Positions 38,116 through 48,655 of a stretch of 64,000 nt of DNA are shown here, in pieces. The stretch lies in assembly GCF_030684315.1 (NCBI RefSeq), contig NC_081396.1, positions 3,534,001-3,598,000 on the forward strand, in the 5' to 3' direction. The notes beneath the pieces are model-generated. The model worked only from the letters and a program-made list of their open reading frames with translations, ran no database searches and was not told the origin of the DNA. Origin of the DNA: Stegostoma tigrinum (taxonomy: Eukaryota). Made by a program: the position numbers and the translations under genes. How positions within the stretch are numbered: the stretch's first letter is position 1; every line of letters starts with the position of its first letter.

Positions 38116-38272
38116 ATAATAAAATGTGACCTGGATGAACACAGCAGGCCCAGCAGCATCTCAGGAGCACAAAAGCTGACGTTTCGGGCCTCGACCTTTC
38201 ATCTCTGCTGTGTTCATCCAGCCTCACATTTTATTATCTTGGATTCTCCAGCATCTGCAGTTCCCATTATCA
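38116..38272. mobile_element. Short Penelope-derived element with internal inversion and a perfect 15-bp TSD
   Basis: CTCATTAATGTCGGG at 38101-38115 and 38273-38287. 38116-38151 is an imperfect reverse complement of 38206-38238. Confidence 0.9.
38178..38205 (-). ncRNA. Degenerate minimal type I hammerhead ribozyme motif
   Basis: Minus strand gaGATGA-AAGGTC GA GGCCC-GAAACGTC: stem II, GAAA, palindromic ACGT stem III and GUC site are present. The CU of CUGAUGA is lost at the inversion junction. Confidence 0.65.
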
Positions 38273-41200
38273 CTCATTAATGTCGGGTACAGCCAATTGA
38301 CTGTTGATTCTTATACTCAACGCTCGAACCAATGAACAAAAGCATGCCAAAAGCCTTCATCACTACTCTCTCCGTGATACCTCTTGCAAGGAACGATGTA
38401 CCTGATCCCGAACGTCCCTCTGTTTGACAACAATCCCCAGTGCCCGACAAGGAACTGTGTAATTCATACGCTGGTTTGTCTGATCAAAATACAATACCAC
38501 TCATTCATCTCAGTTGGACTCTATCTGTCACTCCTCAGCCAATTGATCCTGCTGATCAAGATCCCTTTGAACATTTAAAAAAAGCTCTTCATCGACCACG
38601 TTATGACCCATTTTGTTGACATCACAAACTTGCTAAAGATTCATTGTTTTAAAGTTTCAATGCCGAATATTGTGTCTTGTTCATATTTTCCCTCATAACC
38701 ACGCTTTCCTTTAACAATTTTTTGAAAAAAAATCATGTTTTAGCCTCAATCACTTCCTTTGGCAGAATATTCAAGAGGTTCCCCACGCTCCAGGTGAACA
38801 GTAAACAAATGAGTAAAATTTTATGGGGTGTTAGGAAGACTGTTGCACTCAAGAAATATCATGATCTCATGAATGGACAAACATTCTTAATGTGCCAAGA
38901 GACCTTCATCGGCCTCTAATCAGTATCCTCACATTTTCTCTCGGCTGCACGTCCCAAAACTGTTGACGTTGAGGACACCGGACGGTCAGGAAAGCAAGTG
39001 CTTCACTTGAAACTTCACCTCCAAATCACAGTTGGTTTCACTTGCAAATATTTCTCTGTCCCTTTCCTATTTCAGGACCACAATTAATAAAATCACTTTC
39101 TAACAGCACTGTAGACCTACAAATGCCACTTGAATCGTAGCAATTCAAGTCGGCTGGTGCTTACAAAGTTCGCAAGGAGATGTAAGAGTTCTGACACTTC
39201 CAGGTAAGTCTAGAGACACAAATAACTATTCGACGGATTGAAATATATTTGAGGGACTTGTTGAGTGCCCATTCAGGGACCACGTGCCAAACAGCATCCT
39301 TCTGTGTTAATCCGCTATGTTTTCACTGAATTAACAGAACTGTCTCTACATTATTTAATGGAAATGAAGGTTTCCTCATTTTAAACATTGTAACCATATG
39401 TTAATATTGCCTGGAATAACGAAATATAGTGTTTCATTAAAATGGTCTGACGAACTTGATTGTCCTGTTAGAACTGGAAATTGTCAGAGATTTAAAGTTG
39501 ATTCTCATCATACTATTTGTCCTGAAACCACGGCTGCAGATTGGGTTACTCACTTTCAATGATTATCTGATACTAAATATCACTGAACATTCTTAATTTA
39601 CTATAACACATTTTCTCGATGAACATCTGAAGTTGTTCCACTGACCTCGAGCATGTTTTTACCGAAAAATCAAAACAAACTGAATGTGAGAAGCCTGAAA
39701 TAAAACCACAAATTACTGAAGAATCTCAGCTGGTCTGACAAATTCAGAGGAGAAAAAACGCAAAGATAATTTTTCGAGCACTCTTTAGCAAATTATGTTC
39801 ATGTTTTCTAGTGTGGGAACAAACATCAATTCAGTTCGGCTTTGAGTAAGTTTGTTTGGCTTCTGCTGGAAAACGGATGCTTCCGAGACGTAATGGACAA
39901 ACTGAGGTATAAGCGAAAGGTTGTCTGAAAATCTGCCACCATTTGCTCTCAGTGTTGGATTCAGCGGAAAATTCATCCTCCTGAACAGTCAAACTATTCT
40001 GATTAGGTACTTTGTTGGTTTAATAAAAAATAAAACAGGCTCAACATTGTCACCTCAAGTATTCTTTGGGGTCTATTCATACGAGGATTTTTAAATTAAT
40101 ATTATTGATAGATGATTAAGTCAACAACTGGAATTTCTGTTGGGAGTAACTGAAATAACCCCACTCGCATCACCCAAATCCCAAGATCAAATATTGCTTT
40201 TATTTAAATTAAATCGATCTCCCCCAACGCCCCACCCAATCCCAGCTGCTGTTTAGACAGGTTTTGAATCAGGACTCTATTTCTGAAATTCTGAAAACAC
40301 CGACAGAAGTTACAGTGTTTTTTATTCTCCGATTTAACCCATTTAGCGGTGGCATTATGTACCTCAGTAACAGATTGGAATTGAACACGGGCCACATATC
40401 TCAAATTCAGGGTCACCACCACTGCACTGCAAGAGACCAGAATATAAAAGCTCGACACTATCTCGGACAATAGAGCCCACTTGTTTGACAGTACATAAAC
40501 AATGTTATCTATTAACTCCTTTCAGCAACCAGGCGTAGATATAGAGTCTTTTCACGAATTTCAAAAATTATTCTAACGCTCTTTGATAGTCATTCTGAAT
40601 TAGACAATTTCGACAAGAACTACTGGAATAAAACTGAAATAAACTGGAATTGCATTTCGATAAATACAGTGTCACTAGATTTTAACCTTGGGGAAGTCCC
40701 TTTCCAACAGAATCATGGGTGTTACTGTACCAGACTATCCGCTATAACTTAATAAAGAAAAATATTTTGAAGTGTACTTTTGTCGTTAACAGTCGCACGA
40801 ACAGCCCACGATAGCTACTCCAAGAAGAAGATGCAAAATAAATTCTGATTCTCCGTTGTGCCACCTAGCTTGTCACGGAACGCTGAGTGAGGAATAAAAT
40901 TTACAACACGCTATTTCCACTGCCTCACTCAATCAATCATTTCACTCAATCAAAAAGCTCCCAAGGCAGACACATTATTGCTAAAAATCGATTTCAAAAA
41001 TCCTGCAGTAATTTCTGAATTATTTGCTCTGATTTTAGCGATTTGGTCAGGGTTTTCATTTCTGAGGCGCCAATCAAATGTTATTTTACCGGCAGATCAA
41101 AGCATTTTTGAAGCAATAGATGAAATTCAACTGCTTCAAATACAGCAGACTGAACCAGACAATTTAGAACGTTCAAGACCACAGATTCACTGTAATTTAA

Positions 41201-43204
41201 CTTTCATAAAACAAACTAGTCAGAGGTAAGCAAAAATGTCAATGGGAATACATTCAAATAGACCAGAGAATACATTCTCCTTTAATAAACTTCATAAATC
41301 ATCATGATAAACCAAATTTTGAGGTGAGAAATTTCACTAATTTAAGCAAAGCTCAAGCGGAAATAGATAATGTTCGAAATTAATTTTAAGTATTCTTAAA
41401 AGATTTCTTTAAATTTGGAGATTTTGCACGCACTGTACAAAATCAATTTGCACAATATTGTGGAAAACAATTTCTGTTGAATAACTTAAGGTAAATATTT
41501 CCTGTCAAGGTTGCTTTGCAACGGATATTTCGTTTTCTTGTGAACTGATTTGCAATGAATGATAAGTCTTTAACATGTATGAATTTAGAATATGTTTCTG
41601 CCGGGAGTTGCCTACTTTACCTGATGTCTAAATAAATGATCATCACACTTAACTAATATGAACAATATTCTTCAGATGGCTAAGTTGCATCAGTTGGTCA
41701 AGTATATTCATTAAAGTAAATATTACTCAATTTTATTGCTTGAAATATACAATGTGTTCTAATCCACTGCAGTTAATTCTTCTGCAAAATGGTAAACTCT
41801 TCAGATGCCCCAACGCATTGATATATAACACATTCTCTGCATTTGCAGCAAGTGTTCACAAGAAGAGTTCATGCTTGGACAATTTTAATTCATACGAACT
41901 CTAACCTTGGCCACATAATCCCTGACATCAGTTATGTCCAAACGAGTGACTTTTGAGTTGATGTGACGTTGTAAAACGAAACTCTACATATTTACACAAC
42001 CTGAATTGGGAAAACATAGAACACCGTGCTAATTATTTCGCTCAGTTAAAATTTGTTTTTATTCCCACAAACATAGCTTAATCAGGGATATAACAATTAA
42101 TTAAAACTAGTTGTTTGTGAAATGATCAAAACTGTGAATTAGATCTGTTCTTCATCCAAGGGTTTGGAAGAATTAATGATTAACCTTTGCCAATTAACTT
42201 TCCCAGCCATAAAATCTTGTTTGTAATATATGGCGGAATTGAAAGATGATTGTTGATCAACTTTATGGCATTTTTGCTCAACATCAATAATAAATAGAAC
42301 AGTATATTATTGAAATTCTGTTCGTCTTTCTCTGTGACTTGTAAACTATGCAAGGAAAGATCTTACGATTTAAACAGCTGATTGCAAAGCATGGAATAGG
42401 TTATACTGCAACTATAACATATCAGTAAAAAGTGTTCCACAGGTTATCTGTTTTTCCTCAATTTCCAAACCTTTGCCATCTGCCTTTCACCTAATATTTG
42501 GCTTCAGGAAATTTGAACTCAAATGCGGTTGCATTAGATTGGGAAACTGGAGAGTTCCATTTCGACAACCATGTAAACAATGTGAATTTGATGTAGAAAT
42601 CAGAAATCGCTTCACAAATATTACGACTTTGATGCCCTCTAGAATTTTCTCTTTTCAATAGAAGAAAAATAGCCAAATCACAACATTAAGGGAGAGGCGT
42701 GTGTTTGCAGCAGAAATAGCTCCGCAGGCATTTTCAGCAGAACTGTAACATCACAGAAGAAATCTCAAATTGGGATCCATAAAAGCTGCTCACCATTAAC
42801 CAGCTAATCATTAATTTATATACAAATAAGAAGCCAGAGCAGCAGCCTTGATTGCAAGGTGACTTGTGTAACAATACATAAAGCAAAACACATATTTAAA
42901 ATAAAATTTGAGTTGTATTTCAATTTATTTAAACCTGTTTATCAAGTCTGTCATGTAAATTGTGAGCACTGCGCAGCAGAGCAGCTAGATTCATCTATCG
43001 ATTCATGACTTGAATGTCAAAACAAGATTAGTTTAATGAACGCATATTAGCACATTTTCATTGTGCATTATATTAACGTTATTCTCAGTTGTGAAAGTTG
43101 ATCAATTCGACATTTTAAGATGTAAGTTCCAGATTGCATTTATCTGAGGCTAGTAAGAACAGATTTTACTTATTTTACATTTAGACTGATTTAAAATAAT
43201 CAAT

Positions 43205-43440
43205 ACGCTAAAATATCGAGGTGTCGAGCAGGATGAACACAGCAGGCGAAGAAGCATCATAGGAGCAGTACCGCTGATGTTACGGGCCAAGACCCTTCTT
43301 CAGAAATTTGAAGAAGGGTTCAGGCCAGAAACATCCGCTTTCCTGCTCCTATGATGCTGCTTGGCCTACTGTGTTTATCCAGCTCTGCACCTTGTTATCT
43401 CAGATTGCCCAGTATCTGCAGGTCCTACTATCTCTGACTG
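43205..43440. mobile_element. Palindromic Penelope-derived element with two back-to-back hammerhead-like motifs
   Basis: Arms about 43215-43303 and 43308-43400 are imperfect reverse complements. Minus strand CTGAAGA A GGGTC TT GGCCC GtAACATC (43276-43303); plus strand tTGAAGA A GGGTTCAGGCCA GAAACATC (43308-43335). Confidence 0.82.
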
Positions 43441-43689
43441 CACTAAATGTTGTTTTTTAATGCCTTGAACCTTCCGTTTGTCTATGTTAAGTCTGTTTTC
43501 AGACAGTTGCAAATGGATATAATGATTTCAATCAACCAATGGCGCCAAATAAGTTCAACAAAAGCAGAAAAGATGCAGGAAAAGCAAAGAACTTCGCAAA
43601 TATTAGTAATTAAATGTAATCCAAGTGGACAACATTATCAACAGGGAAATAAAGAAAGCACCAATTACAGAAAATCATGAAACCCATTA

Positions 43690-43990
43690 AAAACCCAGCT
43701 CTATTCCACAAAGTTAATGAAAATCCCAACTAAACAATTCAACAGAGTCAAGTAAAACAGAATCAGAATTCAACATACTCAAAACAACAAATTCAACTGA
43801 AAGAGAAACAGAATGCAATCAAATTAATTCAACAAAATCGAATAAAACAAATTCAGAATCTGAACAACTCAAGTCAACTGAATAAAGTAAAACAAACTCA
43901 GAATACAATCAGCTGAAATCAACTGACTGAAATTATTGACAATCATTTTAGTTGTTCAAACCTATCAACTCAAATCAACAGAATGAAATG
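43690..43990. repeat. Degenerate pentameric low-complexity array in the J-C intron
   Basis: Sense (minus) strand reads ..cagtt gattt cagct gattg..ttgtt ttact ttatt cagtt gactt gagtt..cgatt ttgtt gaatt.. and is strongly T-rich. Confidence 0.75.
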
Positions 43991-44466
43991 TCAAGAGAGA
44001 ATCTAACGTGTTTATCATCAAGAAAATTAACATTCTAAACCACAAAGTACAAGCACAACACAAATATCACATGTAGGAGAAATATATTGAAGAAATTGAC
44101 AAGAATGTTTCAGCATATCTTGTCAATGTTTGTTTTTGAACATTTTTAAATTCGTAAAGCTTGTTCTCACTGGCATTAATCATTGTTTAAACGTTGTATT
44201 GTTTAAGGCACTTTTTTTTCAATTACCCCAGCTAAACACTATTGCCATCAGATAAAAATGAGAGAACCGCCGAAGAACTGAATCACTCACCAGCACTTTG
44301 TTTATTTGCCTGGACTTAAATGAATTTTATAATTACTATGGAGAAAATACAATTGGAACAAAACTAAACTCAGGACAGAATCCGTGTATCATTTGAATCA
44401 TGAATTAATCAAATGAATAGACAGTTAACAAACATAACGGTTGATTGGAACATTCAGGTTTCTTAC

Positions 44467-44514
44467 CTGAAGTCACAGTCAGCATGGTTCCTTGTCCCCA
44501 GTAATCGAAGTAGT
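44467..44514 (-). CDS. IGHJ: JH segment
   Basis: AC TAC TTC GAT TAC TGG GGA CAA GGA ACC ATG CTG ACT GTG ACT TCA G|gtaaga = YFDYWGQGTMLTVTS, with the WGxG motif. Confidence 0.98.
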
Positions 44515-44553
44515 CACAATGTTACATTCCATGGACTGGGTCACACAGTAACT
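44515..44553 (+). promoter_or_regulatory. JH 23-RSS
   Basis: CACAATG (44515-44521), 23-nt spacer, ACAGTAACT (44545-44553). Confidence 0.9.
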
Positions 44554-44882
44554 GTCTCTGCACAAAACAAGCAAAAACTGTCATTATTTTAAATCATCAT
44601 AACTAGAGGCAAAATAAAATAACAACAAATCTTCATTACGTTATAATTGTGCAAATGGAGTCTGCTCATTTTTGATAACAGATTCTAATATTGTACACTC
44701 CTAAGAATAACACATGAAGTGATTGTCAATATCACCAACTAATTATCAATAATTATCGCCGTTTTTACAAATTCAACCGTGGTATTCGGTAATATCCCAA
44801 CAGAACTGATACTGAACTTAACATTCAGATAGTTTGTAAAAAGTAATTACTGACCCAGTTCCATAACAATGAGAGATGAACG

Positions 44883-44910
44883 TGTTTATGTATTGATCGT
44901 ATTGGCTGTG
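44883..44910 (-). promoter_or_regulatory. D2 3' 12-RSS
   Basis: CACAGCC (44910-44904), 12-nt spacer, ACATAAACA (44891-44883). Confidence 0.88.
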
Positions 44911-44924
44911 CTACCCCAGTAGGT
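44911..44924 (-). CDS. IGHD: DH2 segment (ACCTACTGGGGTAG)
   Basis: 14 nt flanked by 12/12 RSS. Frames read TYWG, PTGV and LLG*. Confidence 0.92.
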
Positions 44925-44952
44925 CACTGTGAGATGCATGATATCAAATACT
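44925..44952 (+). promoter_or_regulatory. D2 5' 12-RSS
   Basis: CACTGTG (44925-44931), 12-nt spacer, TCAAATACT (44944-44952). Confidence 0.82.
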
Positions 44953-45266
44953 ATGGTGGGCTGTATACCATAAAATGCAGATACCCATGTTCACTGAATC
45001 CTAAATAAAAAGAACTGGTTCAGGCTCCTCTAAAAATGATGCAGTGCAAAAGTTTAGATTTTACTTCCCATTGTATTTTTAAAGGTGCTTGCAATATAAT
45101 TTCATGTTTGGTGTACGTTTAACGTGTTGGTCTATCGGAAGAAAGTAGAATAATTCTGTTCATTCATACAAATGAGCTTTACTGGTCTGCATTTTAATTA
45201 AGTCTGATATTATTTGTCCCTCCTGCTATGGTCGTAGTCGCCAATTTGAATGAAACACTTGCCAGT

Positions 45267-45304
45267 GGTTTCTGAATGACGATGCCATTGTTCACATCAC
45301 TGTG
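45267..45304 (-). promoter_or_regulatory. D1 3' 22-RSS
   Basis: CACAGTG (45304-45298), 22-nt spacer, TCAGAAACC (45275-45267). Confidence 0.9.
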
Positions 45305-45318
45305 ACCCACTGTAGTAT
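45305..45318 (-). CDS. IGHD: DH1 segment (ATACTACAGTGGGT)
   Basis: 14 nt between two perfect heptamers with 12/22 spacers. All three frames are open (ILQW, YYSG, TTVG). Confidence 0.95.
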
Positions 45319-45346
45319 CACAGTGATGTAAACCTGCACAGAAGCT
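45319..45346 (+). promoter_or_regulatory. D1 5' 12-RSS
   Basis: CACAGTG (45319-45325), 12-nt spacer, ACAGAAGCT (45338-45346). Confidence 0.92.
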
Positions 45347-45430
45347 GCCCTCATTGTTTGTTCCATATTCTGCCTCAATTTTAATGTGGAATAGAGATTT
45401 AGTACTGATCATTGTGGAATGAATGCCATA

Positions 45431-45447
45431 ACTTGCATAATGCAAAT
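45431..45447. promoter_or_regulatory. Perfect octamer plus an adjacent inverted near-octamer in the V-D1 spacer
   Basis: ACTTGCAT-A-ATGCAAAT: ATGCAAAT at 45440-45447 and ATGCAAGT on the minus strand at 45431-45438. Function is not shown. Confidence 0.5.
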
Positions 45448-45717
45448 AGCAGAGATTTCATGAGGATACAGATGAAATCAAATCAGCATAATGTTCAAGT
45501 CTTTCATTTATGGAACTATTAGCAGTACGTACGCCATGCCTAATACTTCATACTTTATTTTATTGCTTGTTTTGTAAGTTTTAATTGTTCATTTCCGCTG
45601 TAATAGTTTTGTCAGAAGGATTTTGAGGTCTACGTCGCATTATAGTTGTGAATGTCACATTGAAGACAAGTACTCACGATTAGTTTACAGTTGTATCTGC
45701 AAAGTGTCTCCTCGTGC

Positions 45718-45756
45718 TGTTTGTGTACATGTCCAGCCGTTGTTCCTCGCTCTGTG
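45718..45756 (-). promoter_or_regulatory. VH 23-RSS
   Basis: CACAGAG (45756-45750), 23-nt spacer, ACACAAACA (45726-45718). Confidence 0.9.
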
Positions 45757-46061
45757 GTCTCTTGCACAGTAGTAGACGGCGGTGTCTTCGAACTTCAGGC
45801 TCTTCATGTCCAACGCGAAGATGTTGTTTGAAGTGTCTTTGGACGCACTAAATCGATCTTTAATCGCTGGCGCATAGTAACTGTACGATGAACTATAGTA
45901 GCTAACCAACCACTCCAGACCCTGTCCAGGAACCTGCCGGACCCAAGCCATATAGTTGTTGCCAAGATTGAACCCGCTGGTTTTACAGGTCAGTGTCAGG
46001 GAGCCTCCAGGTTGGCTGTTCCCTGCCTCTGGCTGAGTCAAAGTAACCTCCGACTGGACAC
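45757..46061 (-). CDS. IGHV: VH exon (end of leader plus V domain)
   Basis: tttttgaag|GT GTC CAG TCG GAG.. encodes (C)[101 protein letters not shown]. Canonical Cys, WVRQ, GLEW and YYCAR are present. Confidence 0.98.
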
Positions 46062-46187
46062 CTTCAAAAAGAAAATAAAATATGACCAGTTTTACTGATG
46101 AAATGATTCCTACATCTTTTACATTCCAGGACTAGGTGAACACGTGAAAGATAACACACAGAAACTTGGAGAAAAAAAAATACTCAC

Positions 46188-46236
46188 AGGATAAGAAAGT
46201 CAGAAACAAACTGAGAAAAATCGTCGACGTTGTCAT
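46188..46236 (-). CDS. IGHV: VH leader exon
   Basis: ATG at 46236 encodes MTTSTIFLSLFLTFLS + T|gtgagt. Phase 1 joins GT of the V exon across a 126-nt intron. Confidence 0.95.
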
Positions 46237-46325
46237 TCTGGTAACTTGGGAGAAAAGGTTCTGTCAAGAATTTTTTAACCACACCCCAAATCAAGGAGTG
46301 TTGAATGAAGGTGCAGTGACCAGAA

Positions 46326-46331
46326 TTTATA
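46326..46331 (-). promoter_or_regulatory. VH promoter TATA box
   Basis: TATAAA on the minus strand 90 nt upstream of the leader ATG. Confidence 0.75.
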
Positions 46332-47999
46332 TGCTTATCAGAGGTGGCAGGTTTTGAGGCTCCGCCTGTTGGCTGGAGGCTGTGACCAGATCTTCGTACT
46401 ACCGATCACAGCCCTCACAGATGGTGCTGATATATTTACATGAGTTTATTGTTAAGCATGGACATCTTTCCATCTTGGGATATTTGTTTTGCTGGACATC
46501 TTGTTTGGACATATTTCTGGCGATGAAAGTAATATTAAACAGCTACAGTTCTGGTTCAGATGACATCTTTTCTTATTTTATTTCAGGCAGTAAAATTTCC
46601 AATTGGAAAATAAAACCCTTTATATCTTGAAATTCATTGACAAGCAGATAATTCTGTTATAAATATTAAAAATATTACCAGCTAATAAAATTGCTGACTC
46701 TTTTCGTATACACTCCAGATCACTGTCACACAACAAAACACCATATAATTCAGAAGAGGTGTTTCTAAATTCAAGTTTGACAACTTAATGTGGATCATGT
46801 CCACAATGATTATGTTTAGAATATTTTGTATGTCATGAAAAAGTTTACACTCAGAGATGAGATAAATTTCCTTTTCTTGCAGAACATCCCTCCTTTAATC
46901 TTCTTCAAATTGGTCCAGTCGAACATAATCATTTGAAAATGCACAGTCAAGGAAAGCTGCATTACTGATAAATAAACAGTGAGTTTTCAGTCAAACATTA
47001 CACTCAGATTGATTTTTGAAAGGTAATCCAATGAATCAAAACAGACCAGTCGATAAATTAAGAAAAAATCGCTGCAGCATCCAAATAACTGCTGGCAACC
47101 ATGTGTGCACATCTGGACCGTATAGTCAGTGAGAGAGTATACAATCATTGAAACTGATGCAGGCCACAAACAGGTCATTGGAAGCTATGAGGGGTCCTGT
47201 TAAATAATAGTCATCAGTAAAAAGTAAGTATTACATTATACCAGCTTCAGACATTTGTAAAGGGCCCACTCAACTGAAAAGTTCAGAGAATGGTACAACA
47301 AGGCATCCGAGCTAAAACCAACCATATTTTCAAAATGTACTTTGAGATGATAACGAATATCACTGCAAATCAAGTTTAGATCCATTGACTTCACATTAGA
47401 GAGCTTTCAAATAGTTAATAAACAGCTTAAGAACCTCGAACTACCTTTGTTTGGATGGAATAAAAAAAATTACTGGCGTACAGTAAATTTCCAGTTTTCT
47501 CATAGCCACCCAGTGAATGTTGTATTCAATGACCTTTTTCAAAGAAGACATGCTGAGTGACAAAGATCGTTTTGTGCAAATGGCAAATTATAACGTGTTT
47601 AGTGATGTTTTATCTGAGTTGATTCATATGGCTTTAATTTGCAAAGCACAATATCTGGCAGAAATTGGGCCGACTGCAGAAAAAGATCCTGGATTTCAAA
47701 GCATCATTTAATAGAAGAATCTGCAGTTTCTGGAGAAAATCTGAGATTTTTCTTTTCGTTACTGTTGACTGCTTGGTTAAAAACCAGTTTCAAAACACGC
47801 CCAGCAACTCGGCATAAACAAACAAACCAAGCACCAGCGCAGGAGAAAAGTTTATTTTTCAATTGTGTCACTTTCTTGTGTCAGGAAATATTTGCACATT
47901 TTCAGACACTATGGCAAGATGCACTATCCCGTGGAGGATCGCTTCAGTGCATCATGATTTTAAGATAGGCTCCTGGATCGGAAGAATTTTGAAAAAAAT

Positions 48000-48655
48000 A
48001 CCTTTTCCTCCAACCTTTAAAATAATCCTTAACTATGTAATTTGCCTATCCCAGGGGAAGGACACCTGTCATTAATCTTATCTATACCCCTCACGATTTT
48101 ACGAACATTTATAAAGACACCATTTCACCTCCTAAGCTTTCACAGAAGAAGTCTCAGTTCATCCAGACTCTCTTTACAACTAAAGCCCTCGAATCCAAGC
48201 AAATTCCTGGAAATTATTTTCTCAACACTCTCCACTAAATGATATATTTTCTATAACAAGGAGACTATAACTGGAGACATTAGCCCAGAAGAGGCCTCGA
48301 GAATGTCCTGTACAACCTCCACATGACTTCCCAGCTCCTATGCTCAAAACGACTGAACAATGAACGCAAGCCTGCTACACGGCTTATTAATCATTCTCTG
48401 ATACAAACGTCAATGAACTATGATCCTTAACCACTATTCTCTCTGTTTGATTGAACTCCATCTGCACTCTTCGGCTCATTGGTCTTATTGATCAAGGTCT
48501 CTTTGAAATCTTAAATAACGTATTTCATGGTCCATGAAATCAGCAATTTTGACCAGTCCAAAAGGAACCCTCCACCATCACTCTCTGTCACTTGCCGTTT
48601 AGCCAATTGTGCATCCAAATGGTAAGTTCACCATGAATACCATGTGATCTAGATG
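48000..48655 (-). mobile_element. CR1 LINE fragment
   Basis: Antisense CR1 ORF2 text (ttatctatacccctcacgatttta..ccagactctc..; agccaattgtgcatccaaatgg). Confidence 0.75.

Larger units (their letters stand above)
37535..38640 (-). mobile_element. CR1 LINE 3' fragment in the J-C intron
   Basis: Tail acagagttatagagtcat at about 37535, and typical antisense CR1 text (ctacttcctctgccagttcattccacac; actgtactccaaaagtggcctca). Confidence 0.8.

Noticed and set aside
43690-43990. CRISPR-like or coding interpretation of the repeat array
   Set aside because: Eukaryotic DNA, no constant repeat with unique spacers, and no sustained ORF.
44900-44931. D2 5' heptamer acting in the reverse direction (CACAGTG on the minus strand)
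   Set aside because: No nonamer-like sequence lies 12 or 23 nt away in that direction.
44467-45757. Germline-joined (VD/VDJ) cluster
   Set aside because: All segments are separate and each has its RSS.
24345-46236. IgW or IgNAR identity
   Set aside because: Four C exons, a CH1 with the light-chain Cys, a full VH with FR2/CDR2, two D segments, a mu-type tailpiece and a KVK tail all indicate IgM.
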